Assembly: GCA_907165135.1 (NCBI GenBank)
Contig: OU015568.1
Coordinates: forward strand, 11,842,001-11,906,000
Origin: Oikopleura dioica
Lineage: Eukaryota > Animalia > Chordata
Direction: 5' to 3'
Length of the DNA stretch: 64,000 nucleotides
Below are positions 47,747-59,364 of this stretch, one piece after another. The position numbers and the translations under genes were made by a program. Position 1 is the first letter of the stretch. Each line of letters starts with the position of its first letter. The notes beneath the pieces are model-generated. The model was not told where the DNA came from, did no database searches, and saw only the letters and a program-made list of their open reading frames with translations.

Positions 47747-48296
47747 TTAATGAAAGATATCTTCGGGGAGATAAATTTCACTTTCGGTCACAGTTAAAAT
47801 ATGTTCTCCTTCGGCGTTGAGAATCGGATGAGTAAAGTGGTCAGGCAAAATTATTCTCTCGCATTGACTTGTGATGATTTCGTATTCCTCGTCTGATTCT
47901 ACTAGTTGTTCTTCGTCGTCATCTTCGTTGCGCTCCGCTTTATAAAAGTTTTAATTCATGGCAGGTAGAAAATTTATACACCTAGATTTTCGATGATCTT
48001 CTTGTCTGAGACATTGTTTTCGCCCGATTTACACTCAGTTTTAGCTACAGAACCATCATCATCGTCGCTAATCAAAATGAATCCATCGTCTTCAGCACAA
48101 TCATCGCTACATTCCTCGAGATCAGGAAGACCTGTAAGATCTATTACTTGCTCTTCTCTAAAATTTTTCTTCGTTTCCATGAGATCGTCTCCTCTTTCTT
48201 TGAAATCAGCCTATTGAAAAGTTTTAATTCTCACTTCTTTAAATTTCACGTCACCTCTTTACTGGTGTCTTCGTTGGAGAACCCGTTCATGTTCAT
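47747..48296 (-). CDS. Three-exon acidic 153-aa protein with SUMO-interacting-like motifs
   Basis: Exons 48255-48296, 47982-48210 and 47747-47937 with two 44-nt GT-AG introns in matching phases (0, 1); motifs EQVIDLT and FILISDDDD. Confidence 0.8.
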
Positions 48297-49029
48297 TTTC
48301 AGAAAATAATTCTCTCGAGCGATTTGTTTGGAGAATTTCTAGCTGTCGTTCAGACGAGAATACAATTTTTAGAACAGAAGAGCTTGTCCCTACTCTAGAA
48401 AATATCCTCGGAAAGAGGCATAACTGTTATGCTCAGAGCTCTTGAAAGGCAAACTAGGCAACTAATCATTGTTTGCAAAAATTATACAGCAGTTACAGAT
48501 AAAAGTCTTGGCACTTTAATTGAGCAGATATAGTTTTTTCCCATCCATAAGAGGCTTTAAAATCGATAAGCTAGGAATTGTTGTTCAAGTACCCACTCAG
48601 AGGATTAACAATTAATTATTTTTCCACGTCTATTCTAATCTAAGGGGGTTATCTCCTCCTTCTCTTGGGGTCTTTCTTGATTGCAAAAAGAACAAAGTTT
48701 GTGAATGCAGATTTATTGAAATAAGGAAAGAGACAAGAAAGCAGAAAGCAATGAAAATCTAATATCGAAAGAAAAAAAGTGTCAATTCAATAAAAAAAAA
48801 TTCCAATCCGTCTATTACATAAAAAATGGGCACAGAAAACATAAAAAAGCGCAACAAAAAATAAAAACAGTTTATATCAAGAAAAAGTTTTTTTGCGGTG
48901 TGACTGATCGTTCCAAAAATTTAGTAGCGGGACAAGTGACTTCTTTTCTGGGGCTTTTGATGGACAGAAATTGTCTCGTATTCTTATCGAAAACTCCATG
49001 CCTGTTCAACTTCTTTTGTACAACTCTCA

Positions 49030-50050
49030 AAACAGGGTATATTTTTGAAAATCACTATTTCGGAGGAACGAGACAAGCGTAGCTCCGGTGATTTGACAGA
49101 AATATACAGACGAGTCTGAACATCCACGCCAGAAAAGTACTGAAGGGTGCTCGTGATATAGATTCAAGCTTGTTCGAAATCTATAAACATCCGAGGACCC
49201 ACCCTGATCAGCAGCGCCAACAGATAAAATCCGAAAACAGGCAACCAAACACTGTTCAAAGGATAAAAATTGATACTATTTAGCTACAGTTGTTAATCCA
49301 CTGCAGTGGCAACGCTGAATGAAGTATATTAATCCGTTCCTTTCGCAGAGGTTGATAGAGGAAAGAACTTCTTCTCCATCATCATCTGCGGAGCGACGTC
49401 TTCTTCCGAAAAAATTCCCAGAAGAAGGCTTTTTAGTTGTTGTTGTCGGGGCTGAATTTCAGTGATCTTTGTTGTTTTAGTATTTTTACCTGAAGTTTGC
49501 GCCGCGTAGACCGTTTGTACTTGCTTGGGGAGGTGAATTTGACAATTCTCGAGGTAGCCGCTGCCGAACATGGACACTTGAATCCCTCTTTAGCAAAAAA
49601 AATTCATCGACGTCGATTTACCTGCTACAGGGAGAACGGTGAAAAAGAGTAGGAAGATGGCCTTAACGTGGAAAGAACCAACTGGGACGACATACTTCGA
49701 GCCGGGGCTCTCGTAGGCAACGGACTTGTAAGAGACAATCTCTTCGCTAAAAACAGGGTTGTTGAAATCAAGGAAGACTAATTATTTCCAGGCTCGAAAA
49801 TTCCCCCAGAACGACCTTTTATTAATCAAAAAGTGTTAATCTTTGCTTTTTCTTACTCTATCGGCTTCTCTCTGTGCAAACTCACCTGTTGTCGGCTCCC
49901 GTGGCTTTCATTTTGTGAAAAAATGAAGCTGCTCCTCGTTCTTGTTGAGGAGCGGGAGTGAAGTTGTCGCAGCTCCGCTTCGAATTAAATCGCGAACCAT
50001 TGACGCAACTGGCAGCTTATCATCACCAACCGTTTCTCATGCTCTGGTCA
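49030..50050 (-). CDS. Multi-exon hypothetical protein with Thr-rich stretch and RRRRS furin-like site; ends uncertain
   Basis: Exon-like blocks at ~49885-50040, ~49622-49750, ~49490-49586 and ~49290-49452 bounded by GT/AG; ...PTTTTKKPSSGNFFGRRRRSADDDGEE... Confidence 0.4.
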
Positions 50051-50707
50051 CATTCCTTATTTATGATTTGCACAGATTGAATGATCAGCATTATATAAGG
50101 AGACGAACTTTAGAACATCCAAAAAAGTAGGAGTGACATGAAATTTTCCATTCTAGTTTTCAGGAAAGGAATACTTATCTTTCTTCTTTATCCAGAGACA
50201 GATTTCATGTCAAAAGATATGCATGGTTTTGATATTAGTGGTATCCTTTTAAAGTCTTGTCAGCTGTGGATCCCTAGAGAAAGCTTCCCTCCGAGATGTT
50301 CGACTAAAACCTCGTGAAAATGCACCTAACAATGCCGACACATTCGAGTTTGCCCTGCCTCAAGACTGGCTTTCGGACTACGTTCTTTACGCAAGGAAGA
50401 AGCAGAAGAGAGGTGGAAAGTTGATCCATAGATTTTCTTTCTTGTGATTTTATTCAATAAAGTATTTCATGATCATTTCAGTAATTTATTCGGGTAAGAA
50501 ACATAAAATTTATATCATAAAAATTATATGAGAAAAACAAACTTAATTTTCTACATCAGCACTGATGACTTATGTGGTTGAGAATTTTCATTTAATTTTT
50601 TCATGATGATTTTTTATCATAAATGGCTTTCCTCCATATTCTAGCGCATTCACTCATGATGCATTTCAATAGCAAAGCTATTTAAATGCTAATTATAAGC
50701 TAATTAA

Positions 50708-51450
50708 GGGACCTGGGCGAGCAGCGCTGAGCCAAACTTCACGCGCTCGCCGTTCTTCTTAGAAATAAGATTTTATGAAATTTCTTTTTGTAAATTATAT
50801 CTCCAAATCTTCAGCTTTCTTTTCCGATTCTTAGTTTTCTCTATCATTCTTGGTTGATGAGCTAGCGAGAAAATGAGAAGCTCAACTTCAAAGGCATCAA
50901 GTCTTGCAGACTAAATTTTTCTTCATGAAACTAGCACCATTGAAAAGAGCGTTAAATTCTGAACAGATCCCACTCCATCAGCTAAACTAAATCTGTACAT
51001 ACTGGAGATAGAGGCCAGATAAACAAGATAACTTAGCGCCCGCGCAGCGGGAATCATGTCCAGGAAGCCCAAAATAGCTAAATCGGAGCGTCCAGCCGCG
51101 CCGCGACCAGCTGCGCGCGCTAAGTAATTTTCTTAATCTGGCCTTACACGCCTATAAGTACGGACTTAGTTTAGCTGATGGAGTGGGATCTGTTCAGAAT
51201 TTAACGCTCTTTTCAATGGTGCTAGTTTCATGAGGAAAATATTTAGTCTGCAAGACTTGATGCCTTTGAAGTTGGGCTTCTCTTTTTCTCGCTAGCTCAT
51301 CAACCAAGAATGATAGAGAAAAACTAAGAATCGGAAAAGAAAGCTGAAGATTTGGAGATATAATTTACAAAAAGAAATTTCAAAAAATCTTATTTCTAAG
51401 AAGAACGGCGAGCGCGTGAAGTTTGGCTCAGCGCTGCTCGCCCAGGTCCC
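50708..51450. mobile_element. Palindromic (foldback) MITE B, 743 bp, TTAA TSD; same family as element A
   Basis: Ends GGGACCTGGGCGAGCAGCGC; ~330-bp inverted arms; TTAA at 50704-50707 and 51451-51454; centre homologous to that of element A. Confidence 0.92.
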
Positions 51451-51734
51451 TTAAAAGAGAAACTCTTTTTTCAAAAGTGGGATGAGTTTTTAAAAAAGGC
51501 TGAAGCAAGAAACCCCACGGGGCAAGTTGCTTATTAAAAATTTGATTAATTGTGAATAATTTATTTGCAAAAAAGTGGAATGGTGAATTGTGTAAACAGG
51601 CAGTGTAAAAGTGATGCTCCTTTTAGAGCGAAGCAAGATGCTGAAGAGTGGCCTCTGATTTGTTCGCTAGTTGAATTGGTGGATTCTGTTCTTGGGCTCT
51701 AAAATACGATGAATGATTGAACGAAAGAACATGT

Positions 51735-53153
51735 TTACTTGAGAAATTCGCGAGAAACTTCACGGGCTTTTTCTTCATTTTGTAAGATAACTTCCATTCG
51801 TCTGGCTTCTTTTTCGCGAATCAATGAATGAAGCTTCTCCTCTAACTCATCTTTTCTCACCATGCTCCTACAAATTATATAATCTCTTTTCAGCAAATTT
51901 GCTTACGATTCGAAGCCACAGAGACTTGCGAGCTGTCGGTTAATGGGAGAATCTTTTACAAGTTCCGATTTTGCATCGAGTTCAGCTGCGCTCAGGTCAC
52001 GTTTGAAAATGTTGATCTTCTCCATCAAGATCTCCATTTCTTTGCAGCTCTCATCCGCAATCGGCTCCAATGCTTTAAGCCTTTTAGGGGATAAAAATAA
52101 TACTCCTTTGACTGAATTAAAGTCATGCACCATTTTATCCCATTCCTGACATAGACTTTTCGCATCCTATCAACATCAACATCGATTATCTTCCTGAGCT
52201 TACTCCATTCTTCATTGAGCTTTCTCTCGTTCGCCTGGCACTTTTCCATTTCAACGAACACCTTCTTCAGGACATCCTTAGCAATTCTGCTCTCAAGAGT
52301 CTTTCCTTTGAGAAATTTCTCTCCTTCGTCGAGATACTTCGCGATGCGAGCGCTCAAATCCTCAACGCTAGCTTTCAAGCTTTCTTTGAGAACAGTTCGG
52401 TTCTCTTCAGGCATTCCTTGGAAGATCGACAAGGTATTTTCAATTTTCGAACGAGATTCCTTTAATCGGTTTCATAGCCTATTTTAACAGCTTAAGTTTG
52501 AATCTAATATTTGTGAAACGTTCCTCATATTTCTGCAGGAAAGTCTCCTTGAAAACAACCTCAGTCTCTATTCTCAAATAAGCGGCCTCCTCTATTTTCA
52601 AGGCTTTTGCTGTGCTTGAGCCTGAAGGAATTGGTTTAGGACTTGTTCTCGAGAATAGTTTCTTACCGAAGTTAGCACAATTTTCTAATTTCTTTGACAA
52701 GTTCTTGACAGTTTCCCCGAGTTTCCTCTAAAAATGAATTCAAGGAAGAGAATTAAAAATGGTATTCGCTACCTTTTGCTCTAAAATATCATTAGCGGCC
52801 TTTTCAAGCTTTTCCGTTGTAAGTTTCGAGGGATGACCGAAATCGTTTTCCATCTGCACGAAACAATTATTCAGCACTTCGATTGACTTTTCAAGCTCGT
52901 CAAACGGGTCTTGATCGTCGCTTTTTTCGAACCAGCTCTCTTTCGCAAGTTTTATCTCTTCTTCCATAATTCTTTCCATTTCTTCCTTCTTCCTTTTCTC
53001 CTGCAGCTTTAACCCTCGCTGGTATAATGCCTCAATTTCTATAGACATTTCAGGGTTCGTGAAGATTTTCCACGAGTTTGCGCGGATCTCTTCTTCATTA
53101 AACTTTTTCTCGTTGAGTCGCAAGGCCTCGATAAGCTTATCAATGTCATCCAT
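51735..53153 (-). CDS. Multi-exon coiled-coil (Glu/Lys-rich) hypothetical protein
   Basis: Acceptor atttcag shortly before ATG 53153 (MDDIDKLIEAL...); successive same-strand track ORFs at 52740, 52479, 52025 and 51903; last exon ...AREVSREFLK* (TAA 51735-51737). Internal junctions unresolved. Confidence 0.6.
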
Positions 53154-54038
53154 AATTCTCTGAAATTCAAAAAATATTGAAAAATAACAGCCCTCGTTGA
53201 GTGTTACGTGGACGCAAAATGGACAATCCGCGGCATTTTCAGATACAAAAATCAGTTTGAAGCCCTGAAAGCATGGCGGTCCGACGAAGCTGCAAAATTG
53301 CCAAGATATTATCAAATAACACCGCAGATTTTTGATGATAATTGAATTATAAGATATAAATTTATTACTACGTCCGCTGGAACATAAAATTGAATGAAGT
53401 TTAGACATTTTATAGAGGTAACAGTTTTTGACAAATAGAAATCATGGTGAAACTGCGCATATTAATTAAAGATATAGAACTTACTGAAGCATTTTCTAAA
53501 TTATGATGACTCAAACCATTACCTATGAATGAAAATAAAAGTATTCATTTGATATTTATCGGTTTGAAGAACAAAAGCTTGAATTCGTATGAAAGTGTAG
53601 GATCATTTTACCAAGGCGACCATTCTAAATATTGTCGTTGCACATTGAAATGCCAAATTAGATTAGTCAATTAGACTCAACATTGAAGAGAAAGGTTGAA
53701 AATAGCAATAAGTTGAAGATTGGATTTACTCATCTCATATCTGGTGCCTAAAGTGTTTTGATTCATTTTATAGGTTCATATTAGATCAATGAGGAAGAGA
53801 TCATATAATAGTATGCAGTCACATCGAAGCAACTGAGAGATTTCCTTTCTTTTCTTAACACTTATTTTGAATAAAATTATAAGATTATTGAATATTGAGA
53901 TGGGGATGGCTGTTATTAACTTTGGATTTGGAAATCAGTTTTCATTTTATCTTCTTTGAACAAGACATCTCATTTTCTATCAAACCATTCTAAAAAGACA
54001 GTTTTGAAATTTCAGATAATTCAACTAGCAAATGTCTT

Positions 54039-57000
54039 TTATTGTTTGACAAGCGTAGCCTGTAAAAAGAGTCGTTTCACATTGAGCTCTTCTTTTACGT
54101 TCGTCGTCGATCTCTCACAAATTTCGACAGATTCAACAGAAAATCCAGCCGCTTCGGCGATCAAAGTAAATTCTTCTTTTCCAAAGAAATAGCTTCTGGT
54201 TCCATCGTGGCGAGCGTAAAATTTGTCGCTGATCTAAAAAGCTTTTTGAAGGACGGAAATCTTAAAACTAATCAACGGATAAGATAAAAAAAGGTCAAAT
54301 TGCTTCTTCCGGGGTGAAAATTGCCTCAATTTCAAAAAGACGCGGTGCTTTTATTGGCCAGTAGAAAATATAAAAAAATGAAGAGAAGATTCGGATTGAG
54401 CTTGGAAAAGGATGGACCTTATGCGATTCTGGTCGTTGCTTCTACCGCTATCCTTTCTGGCTTTTGCTTCGGGTAAGACTCTATTTACACTAAACAAAGC
54501 CTGAAAACACAAGCAAACAAATCTGCTGCCTGTAACAAATGTTACCAGTTTCTCGATAATAAAGCCTATTTGAGAATCTCAGAAGTTCAAACAAACTTTG
54601 ATTTATTAAGGCGCCACTACGTACATTCGATTATACGTAGTAGTCTTGTACTTTTTCATACCCACGCGGGTTATCGAATATAAAAAAGGTTGATTCTTCC
54701 AGAAATCACACAACAACGCAAAAAAGAATAAAAATGAACTTTCAAAGAATATTTTTAATCCTTTTTTACATCTTGGAACTTCATGCAACTGCATGCAATT
54801 GGGACTTCCCAATTGAAAAGCCAATTTACTTTTCGAGAGTGGTGGAACCAAAGTTGATCAAAACGATCCGGACGAAAACCCGCTCCTTTTTCAGACAAAT
54901 CCGCGAACGAAACCTTTTTACTCTTGGCTGAAACAAACCTTCGAACTGTTCTGTAAATAAAAGCTGAATTCAGATTTACGGGCTTTCAACAAGTTTTAAC
55001 TGCGCAATGGAAAGTGCACTTTCAGCTTCCGATTCAGGTTGCTTCATTGCACCAGCGTTTTTCTCAGGAAAAGTTGGAATAATCAACACTTTCATAGTCA
55101 GTGTAAACTCTGTTTTCTAACTCAATCGAGGGATTCATGTACTTTGGCTCAATTCTGGTAACGATTTTCTACGCTCAAATATCTCCCGCACAATGGATGA
55201 TTCTCTCCTCCCTTTTATCTGTCGCTGGTTACGGAACACTTTTACTTTTTATGTTTCTCGGTAGCTCCTGGCTAACAGTACTACAAATCATCATGGGCAT
55301 CCTTGCCGGCCTTGGCTCTGGTTTTTCCTACGGCATAATTTGCATCACTCCGCAATTTTGGCTTGAGAAAAAACGCAAAAAACTCAATCCATATCTATTT
55401 CTGGGCTATCCAGGGTTCTTATTGTTATCAGTGACGCTCGGCAATTATTTATGCAGCATCTTCTCATGGTACGGCGCCGTGATCGTCATCGTTGGAATTT
55501 TTCTCAACCAGCTGATTCTGGGAACGATCTTTATTAGACACGAGTCGGAGCCTGTCAGACTCGAGAAGACTAAATTCAAAATCGGTGAGAGCATTGTCGA
55601 GATTAAAAACGTTCTTGCAATCAAGGAACGGGCTCGGATTAGTCTCCTAAGAACTAAGAAACAACAACAAGTGAGTCTGAAAATAGGGATGCGTGCCAAT
55701 GCTGATTGTGTCAGCAATATCCTCAGGTTTTATTTGCTCTGGGGTCATGACAGAGGTCACCAATGTGGCCATTGAATCTGGCATCGAGCCAGTTCTAGCT
55801 ACAAAGCTACTTCTGTTTGCATCTCTACCCGAGCTGATTTTCAGGAATGTGCCTAACAATACGTAAATTAACGATAAAACGTTTTGCAAGACATAAAAAG
55901 ACCGATCTGGGGATATTTCTGCAACAAGCACGACGTGACCTTGATGCAACTTTTCTACCTCCTTTCATTTCTGCTCTCTCAAATTGCCCTAGCTCTATCC
56001 TCTTCCTATTCCCATTTCATATCCGGAATGCTTCTGTACTCAATCGGCATTTGTGGATATACGGGAATCAAGTTCGTCCTGTTCATCGAGCTCGTCGGAA
56101 CGGACAAACTACGAAATGTTCTTCTATGCGATCAAGTCATAAATGGATCTTTGACGCTGATAGTTCCTTATGTTTCGAACTCGATGGTGGAATTTTTCGA
56201 CACACCAAAAGTCATTTTCTTTGTCAATACTTTTGCCGCTATATTCTGGTAAAATCTACCGTATTACTTTGTTTCAGTAAATTTCTAGCATTTCTGTCGG
56301 CCTTTACATACGAAAAATTGTCCATACGAACCGAAGAATATCCCGAATGACTATAAGACCTGGGATCGAAGAGAACCAATCAATCTCAATAATCCAAGAT
56401 GTACGAAAAAGTTCGATATTACCAAATAAAAATTGAATAAAAAGACGAATAAATTACCTTTGTTCCTGGCTTAAATCTAAGCATTGCATGATCGTTTTCT
56501 GCATAATCTCGGAAGATTAATTTTCCATTGGGTTTGAGAATCTCAGAAATGTTCTTCAACGCGATCACGTGCTTGTCAGGGTGAATTGCGGAGAGGACGA
56601 AGATGAGCGAGGCTAAATCGCACTTATTTTTTATTTGACAATTCGTTTTCACGCTAACCTTTTCCGTTACATTTTTTAACCAGTCGTTTAGTGTCAAGTC
56701 AGCCGTAAACGTTAGTAAACGACCCTCTAGCCCTTCATCTTTTGCTCTATTCTTTACAAAGTCGACCGCTCTTGGGGAAAAATCGCAACTGAATCCGGAA
56801 GCGCTCTTGTTTGCTTCCAAAATTGGAAAGATAAAGTTGCCCACACCGCATCCAAGTTCAATAATTGTCAAATTTTCGCTTGCCAACTCGGGAAACTCGC
56901 GTTCGGTCCAGTGGCGATCTTTGAAGAAATTCGTAGTGTTGCGCATGTAGAACTTGTCCCAATGCTTCTTCGCTTCGCGCTCCAATTTAGACGCTTCGAA

Positions 57001-57069
57001 GTTAGAAACCATCCGTTTATTTTGCTTTTCTAGCTGCTCAATCTGAGCTTCTGTTAATTCCACTTCCAT
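54039..57069 (-). CDS. METTL6: tRNA N3-methylcytidine methyltransferase METTL6-like, 256 aa, 3 exons
   Basis: AKKHWDKFY..NTTNFFKDRHW, ELGCGVGN (SAM motif I), CDFSPRAV, LIFVLSAIHP, FRDY...DHAMLRFK (exons 56659-57069, 56458-56622). The last exon 54039-54233 gives ISDKFYARHDGTRSYFF...RLFLQATL, phase 0. Confidence 0.92.
54378..56350 (+). CDS. MFS monocarboxylate-transporter-like (SLC16 family), nested in METTL6 intron 2
   Basis: DGPYAILVVAS N-terminal motif, hydrophobic TM blocks with GILAGLGSGFSY, QFWLEKKRKKLN and WYGA; terminal exon ...TEEYPE* (56348-56350). Confidence 0.8.
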
Positions 57070-57256
57070 TCTAAAGCGTTCTGATAAAATTTAAATCAAG
57101 ACAGCTAGGGCACTTGAACACAGAAAAAGTATGACGCGCTCTGAGGCGTGCACGCTCGGAAGAGCTTTTCCCCTTTGCGCGCTAAGACTAGTTTCAGAAA
57201 GCGAAAGCAAACTTCTTTCGTTTTAACATTAGAATTGCAAATAGTTTTTGAAAGAT

Positions 57257-57579
57257 ATGTCTGATTCCGAAGAGCAGCAGATTCCCGCTGAGGTTCCTGA
57301 AGAGCCAAAGGAAGAAGCTCCAAAGAAAAAGGGACGAAAGCCAAGAGCTAAGAAGGCTAAGGCCGCGGCAGATAAGGTAAGTGTGAGAAATGCTCTTGGA
57401 TTCGATACTCTTCCTTGATTTCAATCAAAATTTAGCCCGCTGCTCCAAAAAAGGAAGGCAAGGTGGCGAAAAAGTCCGCTCCAGCTGCAGCTAAGAAGGG
57501 CAAGGGTAAGGGCCGACCGCCAAAGAAAGGAGGAAAAGGAAAGAAAGCCGCTGCTCCAGCCGCAAGTGAAGCCAGCTAA
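57257..57579 (+). CDS. 87-aa Lys/Ala/Pro-rich AT-hook protein (HMGA-like or H1-tail-like)
   Basis: Exons 57257-57376 and 57436-57579 (GT-AG, phase 0); KGKGRPPKK is a canonical AT-hook and KKGRKPR a second, weaker one; acidic N-terminus. Confidence 0.85.
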
Positions 57580-57811
57580 TTTTAAAACTCGTGTTTGACC
57601 AAAACCTGACTGTAACAATAACAAATAAAAAACTCAAATATGCATTTTTATGTTATTTTTATTATTAAAGAAAAGGGTATTGCACTGAAGAACTTGAAAT
57701 ACATTCGTGATGGTCTGATAAATTGAGACGTTGAGAAAGATAAATGAAGAAATACGGACAGGTAAAGGTAATAGGAACGGAAACTTTGAAGATGCATTTG
57801 TTTTTGGCAAA

Positions 57812-59306
57812 TCACGTGCGGATCTCGACAGCGTTGGCGCTAGTGATGTACTTGACGCCTTTGAAAGCCTTGTAGCCCTCGCCGAAGACATTCAACTGGT
57901 GAACCTTGATATTCGAAGCGGCGTATTGCTCGACGCTGAATTGCACGGAAAAGACAAGCCTCAGGTCGCACTTTTCTTTCAAGTTGATGCTTCCTCTCAA
58001 TGACGGCGCCGTTCCAGACACAAGTTTACCAACGTCCCATTTCAATCGCTTTTCGAAAGAGTCAAAGCTGTACGATCCTTCCGAGGCGGTCAGGTTGACG
58101 TTCGTTACGCAAGCGGGCATTTTACATGTAACAAAGACATTTGTCACGGGCTTTGGGGTCACTAACCGCTAGAAAAGGGCGTAAAAATGATTTTTATCAC
58201 AATAAATACCTTTGGTGATATGGAGATGTCTAATTTTCCTGCTTGAAGCGATGCATTTGCACGAATATAAAACGGCAAAGCCGCTCCTCCATTAATGGAA
58301 GACTAAAAAAGTTAGGATAACTCGAAAATAATTGCAATCCACCTGGTATCTCAGGAGTTCAAATTGACCATCTGGGGGAATAAAGGAGAGCATCTTCTCA
58401 ACGTTCCATCGTTTCAGTCGAATACACGGATGGAAGTTTACGTTGTTGAAGACTTTCGGATTTTGCCATGAGAGGCTGCAATAATGTTTGAGCGGGGAAG
58501 CGTTTTAATAATTCCTACCTCAGATCTGGTGTTCCTGAGAGCTTGATACTCGAGTCAATTCGGCCATTTGCGAGAGACAGTAAATGAGAGCCCTGTTTGT
58601 TGACCACCATATTCAGCTATAAAAGGGATGAATCTGATATTGTTAAGATACTGGGTTACATTTTCTTTCATATCAAAATATGCTTCGTTGTTGTTGTACT
58701 TGACGTTCGCCTTTCTCCACGGAACATTCGACAGTTGCCCAGTAGGCAAGTTCTCGGACACGTTGCTCTTTCCAGTGACAGTATTCTTGATTGAACTGAG
58801 CATCGTTGTCGGCCGAATAAGCTCCTTGAGGACGTTGGGTTCGGTAACGAGAGGAAATCCAGCGTCAAGGAGCTCGTCCAATAAGGAGTAAACAACGACG
58901 AAGTTTTCTTTGATAGAATTGACGGAACACTCGCCGAAGTAATCGATGAAGACATCTTTGATTCGATGCAAGAATTCTGTGATCATAAGCGGCATCACAT
59001 CTAGATAGGAGAGATGAAATTTGGATTAAAGATTTTTAATACCTTCGCGAGTTACGGCTAGAAAGATGGTGTCTTTGTGAAGAACGTGAATAAGGTAGTG
59101 GTTGTTCGGCCCGAGATAGACAATCGGCATGTCGTTAACATCAGATAATCCACGGAGCTAGAATCTTTTAGAGAAGAAGATTAGAATAATCTTACATTTT
59201 CTAAGAAATCATCAAGAACTGTTCTTTTGATCGCCGAGCACCAATGCTTCTCCATGAAGACTTTCAAGTCATTCGTCGCGATTATAAATAAACTATTGAT
59301 CGTCAT
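57812..59306 (-). CDS. AP3M1: AP-3 complex subunit mu
   Basis: MTINSLFII...FMEKHW, EFLHRIKDVFIDYFGEC, ELLDAGFPLVTEPNVLKELIRP, PTGQLSNVPWR, FKGVKYITSANAVEIRT*. Confidence 0.93.
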
Positions 59307-59364
59307 TCTAAAAGGAAATAATCTTGAAGAGTGGGTAGAAAAAGAAAAGTGTAAAAATATATTT

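Noticed and set aside
56623-56658. 36-nt stop-free in-frame METTL6 intron as a possible retained-intron isoform
   Set aside because: Canonical GT-AG and typical size for this genome; a third of short introns are in frame by chance, so there is no evidence of retention.
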